Positions 19,065-29,282 of a stretch of 64,000 bases of DNA are shown here, piece by piece. Made by a program: the position numbers and the translations under genes. Source of the stretch: Candidatus Taylorbacteria bacterium RIFCSPLOWO2_12_FULL_43_20 (GTDB lineage Bacteria > Patescibacteriota > Minisyncoccia > Phycocordibacterales > HO2-43-120); assembly GCA_001821295.1 (NCBI GenBank), contig MHSK01000017.1, positions 31 through 64,030 of the forward strand, in the 5' to 3' direction. Each line of letters begins with the position of its first letter. Position 1 is the first letter of the stretch. The notes beneath the pieces were generated by a model that saw nothing but the letters and a program-made list of their open reading frames with translations, was not told the origin of the DNA and ran no database searches.

Positions 19065-19457
19065 TCAATAATCAGCGCGGTAGCGAATGGGAAGATCTTG
19101 CCTGACCGGCTGACCGAAAATATCAGACTGAAGAAATTTAACAATCCCCCAGATTGAAGCCATGCAAAATAGAGCGATTACTCCCCATGTAAGAATTCTT
19201 CTGCCTTCCGCTTTTCCCTCATCGCTATCCGCGTGATAAAGATATCTCACCCCCCGCCAAAAGAAAAACAAGAGCCCCATGCTAAAAGCTATGGGTATCA
19301 AAAGGTCAACATTAAAAGCAGTGAAGAGCTTGATGAGATCCTGCAATGAATTCACGCCGAACGTCCCTTGGGCAAGCGCGACCGCAGGCACAACAAACGC
19401 CACGAGACCAGCCGCAAACCCCGCAAATTTAATTTTTTTATTCTTGTTACTTTTCAT
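19065..19457 (-). CDS. VirB2/TrbC-like pilin
   Basis: ALAQ; LLIPIAF..GLLFFFW; WGVIALFCMASIWGIV. Confidence 0.78.
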   Translation of the reverse strand: MKSNKNKKIKFAGFAAGLVAFVVPAVALAQGTFGVNSLQDLIKLFTAFNVDLLIPIAFSMGLLFFFWRGVRYLYHADSDEGKAEGRRILTWGVIALFCMASIWGIVKFLQSDIFGQPVRQDLPIRYRADY

Positions 19458-19470
19458 AAATTTTTCCGAC

Positions 19471-19905
19471 CTACTCGGGTAAAAGCGGTAATCCGAAGTC
19501 AAAGCCGAATCCTCGAGCCAAAATTTCCATAATCGCCCAAATGGAAAACATAACGAAAAGCCCGATAATCCCCCATTTCATTATCATCTTGCCGTCAGCC
19601 ACTTTCTCCTCGCTGCCCGAGCCCATGATAAACATTGATAACCCCCATATGAAAGCCAAGAGAGCGCTCGTCGCCACGTATGGAATGGCCAAATCAACAA
19701 TCTCAACCGATATGCATATAAAGTCAACAAAATTCTGCGGCGGCTTGACACACGGTCCAAACACGGTCTGCGCTGAAGTGGCCGGCCCCGTTTGATAGGA
19801 AGGTCTATTGGCTACTTGGGCTCCTATATAGCCGGGCACGGCATATACGGCAAGCATAAGTGACAAAATGAATATTGGGAAAACCCTTTTGATTTTGAAA
19901 GTCAT
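19471..19905 (-). CDS. VirB2/TrbC-like pilin
   Basis: ALLAFIWG...GKMIMKWGIIGLFVMFSIW. Confidence 0.78.
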   Translation of the reverse strand: MTFKIKRVFPIFILSLMLAVYAVPGYIGAQVANRPSYQTGPATSAQTVFGPCVKPPQNFVDFICISVEIVDLAIPYVATSALLAFIWGLSMFIMGSGSEEKVADGKMIMKWGIIGLFVMFSIWAIMEILARGFGFDFGLPLLPE

Positions 19906-20333
19906 TTTTTTGCGATAGATTCCCGATCTATCATAATATTATATGCCGGTTTTGAAATCTGTTTTATTGTCCGTTCAATGCCCTCGGCGATAACCCAAGC
20001 GCCAAGCAAAATTGCCGTGCCTATCAAGGTATACAAAAACGTCGTTTTGGCCTTCTTCAACCGCTCCTCATTGCCCCCGGCTGTAACCATGAGAAAACCG
20101 GAGTAAATGACAAAAAAGACGGCCAGAACAGCGCCTATAGGCAAGACCACTTCATTTATAATGAGCTTAATGAGAGCGTAGAGATCGCATCCCCCTTTAA
20201 GCGGGTTGGGTATTCCTTCAGATCCCGCCGGAGGACACCCTGACGAACCTGAACCTTGAATGGCTTGCGCTCCCGAGACCAAAGGTATAGACAGAGCGGC
20301 AATCATCAAAAATATAAGCAAGGATTTTTTCAT
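19902..20333 (-). CDS. VirB2/TrbC-like pilin
   Basis: IPNPL; IYSGFLMVTAGGNEE..KKAK....YTLIG. Confidence 0.82.
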   Translation of the reverse strand: MKKSLLIFLMIAALSIPLVSGAQAIQGSGSSGCPPAGSEGIPNPLKGGCDLYALIKLIINEVVLPIGAVLAVFFVIYSGFLMVTAGGNEERLKKAKTTFLYTLIGTAILLGAWVIAEGIERTIKQISKPAYNIMIDRESIAKK

Positions 20334-20366
20334 ATTTGATATTTCTAAAAATTATTTATTATATCT

Positions 20367-20469
20367 GGGACATGCGTGATTCGGCTTATTTAGACCGTTC
20401 CCATCTGTCATTCCCGCGAAAGCGGGAATGACAGGGAGCGCGGGAATGACATCATGCGCATATGTCCTG
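20367..20469. mobile_element. Degenerate TIR-1 family element with ATTCCC-N8-GGGAAT core
   Basis: GGACATGCG...CGCATATGTCC ends; GTCATTCCCGCGAAAGCGGGAATGAC core. Confidence 0.65.
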
Positions 20470-20478
20470 TCAAAGTCA

Positions 20479-20871
20479 TTAATTAAGCAACATGAAGTCA
20501 TCAGCAGTACCCGGTTTCAACAGAGCATTAGTAATAGTATATACGATAAGCCACGCGCTTAAAATGAACAAGAAACCGATAAGAACTTTGCCGAGCATTT
20601 CCTTCGCTTTTTTTATCTGCCCCTCATTCCCTCCCGCGGTTAGCATCATGTAGCCAGACGCGGCAAAGACAAGCGCGGATATCGCTATTGAAATTTTAAT
20701 CAGAAAAGTGATGATGTTTTGTATAAGAATCACAGCTTGCTCAAAATCGCATTCTTCAGGCCCGTCACAAGGCACGAGCCCTGCTCCCAGGGCGCTTGAA
20801 GCAAGCAAGAAAAATAGTAAGCACGCCAATACTACGCTCGGCCATAATATTTTTTTTGTCTTTGCAAACAT
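20479..20871 (-). CDS. VirB2/TrbC-like pilin
   Basis: GLVPCDG..C; GYMMLTAGGN..QIKKAK; SAWLIV.TI. Confidence 0.82.
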   Translation of the reverse strand: MFAKTKKILWPSVVLACLLFFLLASSALGAGLVPCDGPEECDFEQAVILIQNIITFLIKISIAISALVFAASGYMMLTAGGNEGQIKKAKEMLGKVLIGFLFILSAWLIVYTITNALLKPGTADDFMLLN

Positions 20872-20890
20872 ATGAGATAAATCCCCAAAA

Positions 20891-22198
20891 TTAATTCTGG
20901 AGCATTGCTCCTATCTCTTGAGACGCCCTCAAGACAGCATCTGATATTTTCGATCTGCCCGCCGAGACATCTTCTACCATGTTCTCGAAGACGGCGTTGG
21001 TCCTAAGCCCATCAGGATCAAGCCACGACTTGGAAATTATGGCGGAATCATAAAAAATGCTTAAGTCAGGATCATCCGGCTTGTCTCTGAGCAGATCACG
21101 ACGAAGAGGGGGCAAAGCGGCATTTTCTGAAAACATGGAAGCGAAGTCCTTTCCCGCTAAGACTACCAAAGTGCTGAAGGTGCCGGAAATATCAGAAGAA
21201 GATTTTAATATCGCCAGCGAATAGACACGTGCGCTCGTCACATTGACCTTGGCGTCTTGAAGCTGAGGAAAAACGGCAACATCAAAATTTAAATTCGGAT
21301 TTTTCAAACGTATTTCCGCTAATTCGCTCGCGTAACCGAAATAAACGGCAAGGTCTCCAGCTATAAATCGCTGTTGGGATTCAGGTAAGGATCTATTCCA
21401 AGAATAAGATGCTTTATTGGGGTTGGAAAAATCTGTAAAAAAAGCGATGACAGACTGAGCAGGGTCAACCCCTCCCTGTCTTCCTTTGTTCAAAACACTC
21501 CTGTACTCCCCTCCCACCTCTTCCACTATGGGCGTGCCGGCTTGAAAAAAAAGTGCTGAGAGAATACCTTTGGCATTGCGGACATTGGAAAATTCCCCCA
21601 GTGCCACAGCGCTTCTCGTAATATTGCCGACGCTATCTTTACGCGACAAGCTCTCGGACAATGTGAAAAATTCGGTCCAATAGCGCGGCGGCTCCGCTAT
21701 GCCCTCGCTGGCAAAAATGTCCTTATTCCAATACATGACCAAAGGATCGGCGTATAACGGAAAACCCAGCGATCCCTTTTCCACTAGAAATATTTCGGCG
21801 GCATCAGCGTAAAGATCTTTATAATCCCTTAGCGACAAGCTTTCGAAAGAAACAGGGTAAATTTTATCCGCGTGCTTCACGATAAAATCCTCGGGCAAAA
21901 TTACGGCATCAGGACCCTTACCGCTCGCCAGCGCCTCTATAAGATCGCTTTCAAACTCTCCTTTTCTTTTCTCCACATATGTTACGTTAAGCTGACCCTC
22001 CTTCTTCGTCCTCTGGAGGTTCAAAGCGCCGTAAGCGACATCAAAAGATCTTTTCGGAGCCGTTCCCCATATAGTTACTTCGGGAAAAATCACTTCGGAG
22101 CCCGACCTGACAGTGGAAAAAACTATAACGCCCACCACTATAAAAAAAGCAAATGCCCCCACCAGAATTATTTGAAAAGAGTTTGTTTTATTATCCAT
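20891..22198 (-). CDS. Extracellular solute-binding protein (family 1, sugar type), membrane-anchored
   Basis: VTIWG, LASGKGPD, DPLVMYWNKD, FGYASE. Confidence 0.88.
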   Translation of the reverse strand: MDNKTNSFQIILVGAFAFFIVVGVIVFSTVRSGSEVIFPEVTIWGTAPKRSFDVAYGALNLQRTKKEGQLNVTYVEKRKGEFESDLIEALASGKGPDAVILPEDFIVKHADKIYPVSFESLSLRDYKDLYADAAEIFLVEKGSLGFPLYADPLVMYWNKDIFASEGIAEPPRYWTEFFTLSESLSRKDSVGNITRSAVALGEFSNVRNAKGILSALFFQAGTPIVEEVGGEYRSVLNKGRQGGVDPAQSVIAFFTDFSNPNKASYSWNRSLPESQQRFIAGDLAVYFGYASELAEIRLKNPNLNFDVAVFPQLQDAKVNVTSARVYSLAILKSSSDISGTFSTLVVLAGKDFASMFSENAALPPLRRDLLRDKPDDPDLSIFYDSAIISKSWLDPDGLRTNAVFENMVEDVSAGRSKISDAVLRASQEIGAMLQN

Positions 22199-22205
22199 AT
22201 CATTA

Positions 22206-22332
22206 TAGGACTTACGTGTTTGATGTCATTCCCGCGAATGCGGGAATCCAGAGTATGCAGATAGATCCTAGATTCCCGCTTTCGCGGGAATGACAGAAGA
22301 AAGCGGGAATGACATCAAACGCGTAAGTACTA
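22206..22332. mobile_element. TIR-1 family MITE with paired ATTCCC-N8-GGGAAT hairpins
   Basis: TAGGACTTACGTGTTTGATGTCATTCCCGC...GCGGGAATGACATCAAACGCGTAAGTACTA. Confidence 0.8.
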
Positions 22333-22340
22333 TTATTATC

Positions 22341-22865
22341 TCATTTTTTGAATATCAGTCCATAGTGATGAGCGCCTGCCTTGAAATCCCTCTCAAATGT
22401 AAAACCTTCTTTAACAGCGAGTTCACGCGCCTCGTCCTCTTTGATCACATGGTCAGCCATAGGTCCGATGCCTCCAAATGAATCTGACCAGTCCACCACG
22501 GCCAACTTCCCTCCGGTCTTGATTATCCTTTTGGCTTCGCGCAGAAAAGCTTCTTTCTCGGCGATTTGAAACAAGATATTGGCGGCAATAGCCACGTCAA
22601 CCGATCCATCCGCCAGCCGCGCTCCACCCACTTTCTCCAAATCACCGGGAATTACTTCAACATTGGGCAAATGAGACGCGTTAGCGGCGTTTTTCAGCTT
22701 GGCCAAAAGATCTTTCTGCACATCTATGGCATATACTTTTCCACCGTCACCCACAACGCGCGCGGCTTCCAATGAATAAAATCCTGAACCGGAACCAAGA
22801 TCGGCAATTTTCATTCCGTGTTCAAGCTGCATCTGTTCAATGTTTTTTTTAGGATCGGAAAACAT
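22341..22865 (-). CDS. Class I SAM-dependent methyltransferase
   Basis: ADLGSGSG, VYAIDVQ, IKTGG.L.VVDW. Confidence 0.88.
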   Translation of the reverse strand: MFSDPKKNIEQMQLEHGMKIADLGSGSGFYSLEAARVVGDGGKVYAIDVQKDLLAKLKNAANASHLPNVEVIPGDLEKVGGARLADGSVDVAIAANILFQIAEKEAFLREAKRIIKTGGKLAVVDWSDSFGGIGPMADHVIKEDEARELAVKEGFTFERDFKAGAHHYGLIFKK

Positions 22866-22873
22866 TACAAGTT

Positions 22874-22962
22874 AAATTCGAAAATCGAAATTCGAAATTC
22901 GAAAAATTAGCTTCAAATCAATAATCCTTTCTTTCGTGCTTCGGATTTTTAATTTCGTGCTT
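22874..22962. repeat. Short heptamer tandem repeats (AATTCGA / TTCGTGC)
   Basis: AAATTCGAAAATCGAAATTCGAAATTCGAAA ... TTCGTGCTTCGGATTTTTAATTTCGTGCTT. Confidence 0.55.
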
Positions 22963-22964
22963 AT

Positions 22965-25433
22965 CTACAAGCATACTGCGCTCGCCAAATTGTCGCCGTC
23001 TCTCAATCTCATTATTCTAACACCTTGAGTCTGTCTGCCCAAGAGCGGAATCTCGGAGATTGATACCCTTATCACCTGACTCTTCTTTGATATAGCCACT
23101 AGCTCGTCCGTCTCTTCAAACACAACGACTTTTGACGTAATAATTTTACCAGTCTTTGACGTGACTTTCGCCGTCTTAATGCCTGACCCTCCTCTATGCT
23201 GGACCTTGTATTCTTTGAGTGATGTTTTTTTACCAAAACCATTTTCGGAAATTACAAGAAGGGTGGCTTCTTTATGTTCTCTTTTCATAACATCGGCCCC
23301 CACAAGAGCGTCTCCTTTCTTGAGCTTCATGGCGCGAACCCCGGAAGCCCCTCTTCCCATAGCCCTAATGTCCGATTCTTTGAATCTTATTGATTGGCCA
23401 AGCGCGCTCACGGCCACCACCTCGTCTCCTTTCTCAACGAAATTAACTGAAATAAGCTCATCGCCGCTGTTCAAGCCAATGGCAATTATGCCGTTCCGTC
23501 GGACATCGTGAAATGATTCACCCAGCACTTTTTTGCCCATTCCCTCCTTGGTCAACATAAAAAGACTAAGGCCGGATTTTTTCACCTCTTTCGGCATTGG
23601 CAGTATGGACGTGATTTTTTCTTCCTGAGACAGAGAAAGAAAATTCATAATGGATTTGCCTCGTGTTGCCCTTTTGCCTTCGGGCAACTCATACATTTTT
23701 ATTTGATACGCCTTGCCTTTGTCGGTAAAAAATAGCAAATCGCTGTGCGTGCTGGCGCGCAGAAAATAAGTGACGAAATCCTCCTCCTTGGCGTCCATAC
23801 CCACCACTCCCATGCCTCCCCTCTTCTGCTGTTTGTACTCTGCCGGTTCTGTGCGCTTTACATATCCTCCCGACGTAAGCACGAGTACGCTCTCCGTGTC
23901 CGGAATAACATCCTCGGGAGAAAAATCTTTCGGACTTGATTTAATTATTCTTGATACTCGCTCATCGCTGTATTTGTTCTTGATTTCCAATAACTCATCC
24001 TTCACAACTTCTCGGATTTTTTTCTCGCTTCCGAGTATCTCTTTGAGCTCGGAAATAAGAAGCTGTACCGCTTTCAAATCGTCCTCAATTTTTTTTCTCT
24101 CCAGACCGGCCAAACGCTGCAGCTTCATTTCCAATATCGCCGACGCCTGTCTGTCTGAGAACTTAAATTCTTTCATTAAACCTGCATGGGCTTCGGCAAC
24201 ATCTTTGGCCGCTCTGATGAGCTTGATAATACGGTCAATGTGATCAAGAGCTTTTTTCAAACCGAGAAGAATATGTTCTTTATCCTCCGCCTTTCTCAAG
24301 TCAAATTCCGTCCTTTTTTTGACCACCACCAAGCGATGAATAATAAATTCCTCCAAGATCGATTTGAGTGAAAGCGTTTTGGGTACCCCGTTCACGAGAG
24401 CGACGATGTTGAAATGGAACATTTCTTCGAGCTGTGTATGCTTGTACAGATAATTGAGTATTGACTGAGGATAAGCTCCCTGTTTAAGGTCAATGGCGAT
24501 TCTAACGTCAGCGGTTGACTCATCGCGCAAAGCCTTTATTCCTTCAATTTTTTTCTCTCTGACAAGATCGGCGATGCTCATAATTAAGTCAGCTTTGTTG
24601 ACCCTGTAAGGTATGGACGTGATTATTATGGATGATGAACTTGAGGAATTTTCCACAATCTCCGCCTCACCGCGCACCAAAACACCCCCTCTTCCGTTGG
24701 CGTATGCGTGATGCAAATCTTTCTCTCCGTAAATAATACCTCCCGTTGGGAAGTCCGGGCCTTTTATGTGCTCCAGGAGATCTTCCAAAGAAGCTTCTTT
24801 ATCTTTAATAAGATGAATGGTAGCGTCAATAACTTCAGCTAAGTTGTGCGGCGGAATATTCGTTGCCATACCGACAGCGATACCGAGCGTGCCGTTCAAA
24901 AGAAGATTCGGCACGGCGGAGGGAAGCACTGACGGCTCTTTGCGAGTATTGTCATAGTTGGTCCTCCAATCAACGGTTTCTTTTTCTATGTCGCGAAGAA
25001 GTTCGCTGGCAATCTTTGACATTCTGGCTTCAGTGTACCTCATGGCGGCGGCAGTGTCCCCGTCAACATTGCCGAAGTTTCCCTGTCCAGAAACAAGAGG
25101 GTACCTCATGGCGAAATTTTGCGCCATTTTCACCATAGCGTCGTAGACAGAAACATCTCCGTGCGGATGATAATTACCAAGGACATCTCCTACCACCACC
25201 GCGGACTTTCTAAACTTCGCGGCGGCAGTCAAACCCTTCTCATGCATAGCGAAAAGAATACGCCTATGCACCGGTTTCAGGCCGTCTCTCACGTCCGGTA
25301 AAGCTCTTGACGTAATGACAGACATGGCATAGTCAAGATAGGACTCCTTCATCTCCGCGATAATGTTCCTCGGAATCACGTTCTTCGCTATCTTATTATT
25401 CTCGTCGTCATTGGGTTTGTTTGTGTTTTTCAT
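22965..25433 (-). CDS. gyrA: DNA gyrase subunit A
   Basis: [29 protein letters not shown], GyrA-box QKRGGMG. Confidence 0.98.
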   Translation of the reverse strand: MKNTNKPNDDENNKIAKNVIPRNIIAEMKESYLDYAMSVITSRALPDVRDGLKPVHRRILFAMHEKGLTAAAKFRKSAVVVGDVLGNYHPHGDVSVYDAMVKMAQNFAMRYPLVSGQGNFGNVDGDTAAAMRYTEARMSKIASELLRDIEKETVDWRTNYDNTRKEPSVLPSAVPNLLLNGTLGIAVGMATNIPPHNLAEVIDATIHLIKDKEASLEDLLEHIKGPDFPTGGIIYGEKDLHHAYANGRGGVLVRGEAEIVENSSSSSSIIITSIPYRVNKADLIMSIADLVREKKIEGIKALRDESTADVRIAIDLKQGAYPQSILNYLYKHTQLEEMFHFNIVALVNGVPKTLSLKSILEEFIIHRLVVVKKRTEFDLRKAEDKEHILLGLKKALDHIDRIIKLIRAAKDVAEAHAGLMKEFKFSDRQASAILEMKLQRLAGLERKKIEDDLKAVQLLISELKEILGSEKKIREVVKDELLEIKNKYSDERVSRIIKSSPKDFSPEDVIPDTESVLVLTSGGYVKRTEPAEYKQQKRGGMGVVGMDAKEEDFVTYFLRASTHSDLLFFTDKGKAYQIKMYELPEGKRATRGKSIMNFLSLSQEEKITSILPMPKEVKKSGLSLFMLTKEGMGKKVLGESFHDVRRNGIIAIGLNSGDELISVNFVEKGDEVVAVSALGQSIRFKESDIRAMGRGASGVRAMKLKKGDALVGADVMKREHKEATLLVISENGFGKKTSLKEYKVQHRGGSGIKTAKVTSKTGKIITSKVVVFEETDELVAISKKSQVIRVSISEIPLLGRQTQGVRIMRLRDGDNLASAVCL

Positions 25434-25478
25434 TTTATATTTGATCGGACATCTTAGCTTATTCCGCGAACGATTGTT

Positions 25479-25745
25479 TTAATCTTCAGTGTTGAATCCG
25501 CTGAAATCCAAAGTAATTCCGGAAAAAACTTCCTTAGTGGCGGCTAGTGCGGACGCCATGTTACTTTTCAAATTATTGAGCGGCGATACCTTGGCGTAAT
25601 TTTCCACTTTGTTTTCCAGCCGCGCCGGAAGTGACACGAACCAGATCATGAATATGAAGGAAGTAATAACGGCCGCGCCTACTACCGATATCCTTCTGCG
25701 CACACGCCTCGGTTTTCTATGCAATTTTTCCAATATATCGGTCAT
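25479..25745 (-). CDS. Small single-TM hypothetical protein
   Basis: LEKLHRKP..VRRRI followed by a TM segment. Confidence 0.65.
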   Translation of the reverse strand: MTDILEKLHRKPRRVRRRISVVGAAVITSFIFMIWFVSLPARLENKVENYAKVSPLNNLKSNMASALAATKEVFSGITLDFSGFNTED

Positions 25746-25778
25746 GTTCATTGAAAAATCTATCAAATGTCTAAATTG

Positions 25779-25902
25779 TAGGACTTACGCAGTTGGATGC
25801 AGTTCGAGGCGCGAGCGAGGATTGCGACCAAAATGTATGCTTATACATTGCGGGAGCAAACGGGGCTTGCAGAGAAGAAATGCGCCGACTGCGTAAGTTC
25901 TA
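25779..25902. mobile_element. TIR-1 family MITE (copy of 7276-7401)
   Basis: TAGGACTTACGCAGTTGGATGCAGTTCGAGGCGC...GCGCCGACTGCGTAAGTTCTA. Confidence 0.85.
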
Positions 25903-25909
25903 TTAATGT

Positions 25910-26539
25910 TCAACTGTTCGCTTCTAACACCACTATCTCCCCTTCTTTTCCTTCCAAATCCTTTTTCTTGAGAGTCAATTTGCTTTCCGGAGTTTTCTTC
26001 TCTTCACCTCCTTCTTTAAGGAATTTTTTTAAAGCGTCGCTTTTCTCATCATAATGCATGGGTATGATAATTTTGGGCTCCAGCTCAACTGCCATTTTAT
26101 AAGCCGCGGACGGGTCTAGCACGCCCTCGCCTCCTATAGGCACAAACAGCACGTCAACATCATCTAAAAGTGAAAGAGTTTCCTTGTCAATACTTTCACC
26201 AAGCGCTCCGAGAAAACATATATTCATGCCGTCAACGGTAAGCATGTATACGGTATTGATCCTTCCTTTGTCGCCGTAATTTGAAACCGTAGCAAACGAT
26301 TTTATAAAAATGTTGTTTATTTCATATTCACCGGGTCCCCGGATGACAAAGGGTTTTTTGCCGCCAAACTCCGAGTTCTCCGCTCCGTTCATATCCTTAT
26401 CATTCAGGCTTACGAGCACAATTTCAGCCCCAAACTTAGATGATTTAAATTTTGATTCTTTGGAAACCGGATCAAACGCCAACACCATATCGCCGTGTTG
26501 AACCTTAAAATGCTGTATTCCGTGATATGTAATTATCAT
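25910..26539 (-). CDS. MBL-fold protein (Lactamase_B_3-like) with degenerate metal-binding motif
   Basis: GPGEYE, DVLFVPIGG, IIPMHY; the HxHxDH position reads SLNDKD. Confidence 0.8.
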   Translation of the reverse strand: MIITYHGIQHFKVQHGDMVLAFDPVSKESKFKSSKFGAEIVLVSLNDKDMNGAENSEFGGKKPFVIRGPGEYEINNIFIKSFATVSNYGDKGRINTVYMLTVDGMNICFLGALGESIDKETLSLLDDVDVLFVPIGGEGVLDPSAAYKMAVELEPKIIIPMHYDEKSDALKKFLKEGGEEKKTPESKLTLKKKDLEGKEGEIVVLEANS

Positions 26540-26673
26540 TAACAGATGATATCAAATCTCGCCAAAAAAGAGAATAGTACTTTTAAAGATCAAAGGTAAA
26601 AATTTAGCTAAAATATCAAATTTTTACTTTCTAAATATAGCAAACTTACGCCGTTTTGTCAAGGATATTGGAG

Positions 26674-26790
26674 GTATCTACTCACAAACCCGAGTGATGT
26701 CATTCCCGTAAAAACAGGAATCCAGCAAGTATTTTGATCTGGATTCCAGCCTGCGCGAGAATGACGCCACTCAAACTTGTGAGTAAATAC
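26674..26790. mobile_element. Diverged TIR-2 family MITE (no intact TSD)
   Basis: GTATCTACTCACAAACCCGAGT...ACTCAAACTTGTGAGTAAATAC. Confidence 0.75.
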
Positions 26791-26926
26791 GGGTCAGTGT
26801 CTCTTGCTTTCTTCTTACCAATCTTGTAGAATGTGAAAATTATTTATTAATACAGGGCAATGGATTAACCCTGGCCGCTTTCGTATAATCTTGGCCGCGG
26901 CCGGCACTCTTGCTCTTAACAATTAC

Positions 26927-28255
26927 ATGGGATTATTCAGAATATTGAAAAGATCGGATGAAGATAGCTCATCCGCCAAAATAGACGAAGAATCTACAAA
27001 AAATGAGGTTGACTCTGTAAGCGAAGAAAAAGACGAGAATGCAACAGAGAAGCCTCCGGAGGAAAACTCAAGCGCAAAAAATGAAGAGGTTAAGGAAATT
27101 CAAGTAAACACTAATGCAGAAGTAACTAAGACTAAAAAAGAGTCCGGGCGCTCGGCAAAAAAAACTTTGCCGCCAGCCGTAAAAAATGAGGGTCTAATGT
27201 CAAAGGTGGTCAACGATAGCGCCACACCTCCGGATGTTGGAGATATTATGGAAGGCAGAGTAATTTCCAACGATCCTAAAACCGGCGTTTTTGTGGATTT
27301 GTCCCCTCTTGGAACCGGCGTTATTTATGGCAGAGAATATATAAATGCCAGAGACGTTATAAAAAAAATCAACAGTGGAGACATCATTGCCGCCAAAGTG
27401 GTGGATGTGGAAAATAAAGACGGCTATATAGAGCTGTCTCTCAAGGAGGCGCGACAAGCGCTAGTATGGAGCGAAGTGGAAAATATTATCAGAGATAAAC
27501 AAGTACTTGAATTGCCAGTAAAGGAGGCCAATAAAGGAGGGCTAATTATAGAATGGCAAGGCATATCCGGATTTTTGCCCGCTTCACAGCTTAAAGCGGA
27601 TCACTATCCCCGCGTTACAGATGGCGATAAGGACAAGATATTGGAAGAGTTAAGAAAATTAGTTGGCCAAAGGATATCCGTTTCCATAATCTCTGCTTCC
27701 CCTAAAGAGGGAAAGCTCATCTTTTCAGAAAAGAATCCGCAAGAAAAAGACAAGGATAAAATTATTGAAAAATACGACATAGGCGATGAATTTGAAGGAG
27801 AGGTTACGGGAGTGGTTGATTTCGGAGTATTCGTGAAAATTGAAGAAGGGCTTGAAGGTTTGGTGCACATTTCCGAAATTGATTGGGCGCTCGTGGAAGA
27901 TACGAAACAGCTTTATAAAGTACGAGACAAAGTAAGGGTGAAAATTATTGAAATAAAAGATGGCAAGATTTCCCTTTCAATAAAAGCGTTAAAAGTTAAC
28001 CCGTGGGTTGAGGCCGGTAAAAAATTCAAAAAGGACGACATCGTAAGCGGAGTAGTTATCAAATTCAACAGGCACGGCGCTCTCGCCAGTATAGAGGAAG
28101 GTATCGCAGGATTGGTGCATATCTCGGAATTCGGTTCGGAAGAGAAACTTCGCGAAAAACTTGAACTCGGTAAATCCTATAGTTTTCGCATCACTCTTTT
28201 TGACACAAAGGAACAAAAGATGGCTTTGTCCTTTCTTGACAAAGAAAAAAAATAG
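26927..28255 (+). CDS. rpsA: 30S ribosomal protein S1 (four S1 domains, low-complexity N-terminal extension)
   Basis: S1 motifs GFLPASQL, FGVFV..EGLVHISEI, GLVHISE. Confidence 0.88.
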   Translation: MGLFRILKRSDEDSSSAKIDEESTKNEVDSVSEEKDENATEKPPEENSSAKNEEVKEIQVNTNAEVTKTKKESGRSAKKTLPPAVKNEGLMSKVVNDSATPPDVGDIMEGRVISNDPKTGVFVDLSPLGTGVIYGREYINARDVIKKINSGDIIAAKVVDVENKDGYIELSLKEARQALVWSEVENIIRDKQVLELPVKEANKGGLIIEWQGISGFLPASQLKADHYPRVTDGDKDKILEELRKLVGQRISVSIISASPKEGKLIFSEKNPQEKDKDKIIEKYDIGDEFEGEVTGVVDFGVFVKIEEGLEGLVHISEIDWALVEDTKQLYKVRDKVRVKIIEIKDGKISLSIKALKVNPWVEAGKKFKKDDIVSGVVIKFNRHGALASIEEGIAGLVHISEFGSEEKLREKLELGKSYSFRITLFDTKEQKMALSFLDKEKK

Positions 28256-28313
28256 CTAGGCCAAAATACAGCCATAATTAAACACATTTCCGGCCAAAGG
28301 GAGGGTTTGGACG

Positions 28314-28361
28314 GAAAGAATTTTGAACATCTCGGCTAGCCATTAGATAATGGATGGGCTC
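28314..28361. repeat. Right-end fragment of family B MITE
   Basis: AAAGAATTTTGAACATCTCGGCTAGCCATTAGATAATGGATGGGCTC, abutting the pth stop codon. Confidence 0.7.
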
Positions 28362-28955
28362 TTAGTTGAAATCAGTCATCGCTTTTTCTTTTCCCTCCAT
28401 GATTATCGCGGCAACCGCCTCGGCGGATTTTTTTGCCTGTTTTTCCAAAAGTTTCAAATCATCGGCTTTAAGCTGTTTGAGAATATAGTTGTTTATTTTA
28501 TCTTCGCCATGCGGTTTTTTTGCCCTCCCCTTCTTGTCAGCTGGCGAGATGCCGACCCTTATTCTCATAAACTTTTCGGTGCCGAGTGCCCTCATGACGC
28601 TCTCTACGCCTTTGTGACCACCCGAGCTTTTATTGTAAGATACTTTGATCTTATCAAGGGATAAATCCAAATCATCGTGAATAATGACGGTTCTCTCCAG
28701 CTCTCCCGCGCTTGAAATTACTCCCTTCATGCTATTGCCGGATTTGTTCATGAAAGTTTCTGGCATAACGACAAGGACATCTTTGCCCTTAGCCAGCGAC
28801 CCTTTGGATATAAGCGCGTTCATTCTCTTATCGTATGCAAATGCGGCGAAATTATTTTTTTTTCTGAAAATTTCAGCGACTATCCTTCCCGCGTTATGTC
28901 TGGTTTTTTCATATTCAGGTCCTGGGTTTCCCAGCCCAACGATTATGTATTTCAT
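28362..28955 (-). CDS. pth: Peptidyl-tRNA hydrolase
   Basis: GLGNPG..Y..TRHNAG, P.TFMN.SG, HDDLD, GGHKG, RIRVGI. Confidence 0.95.
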   Translation of the reverse strand: MKYIIVGLGNPGPEYEKTRHNAGRIVAEIFRKKNNFAAFAYDKRMNALISKGSLAKGKDVLVVMPETFMNKSGNSMKGVISSAGELERTVIIHDDLDLSLDKIKVSYNKSSGGHKGVESVMRALGTEKFMRIRVGISPADKKGRAKKPHGEDKINNYILKQLKADDLKLLEKQAKKSAEAVAAIIMEGKEKAMTDFN

Positions 28956-29087
28956 GTCAACAATATAACATAAACGCAAAAAATCAGCACAAACAAAACC
29001 ATTCTCTATCTCTGACTGCTTGTGCCGATAAGCAATCCATATTAATATTTAGTTGCGAAATTACCACACCTCTCCTAACAAGACTTG

Positions 29088-29270
29088 GAGCCCATCCACA
29101 ATCTAACCGCCAGATATAAAGCAAGACATGGCTTGCCTGCCGAAATGTCCAAAATTCTGCTGCAAATTGCATATTTCTCGTCAGCGTACCTCGGTATGCT
29201 TCCTCAAAATCCGCAATTTTCGCAAAGAATTTTGAACATTTCGGCTAGTCATTAGATCGTGGATGGGCTC
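29088..29270. mobile_element. 183-bp MITE-like element, family B
   Basis: GAGCCCATCCACAATCT / AGATCGTGGATGGGCTC; flanks TTG/TTA; same length as 5344-5526. Confidence 0.85.
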
Positions 29271-29282
29271 TTAAAAAATCAT

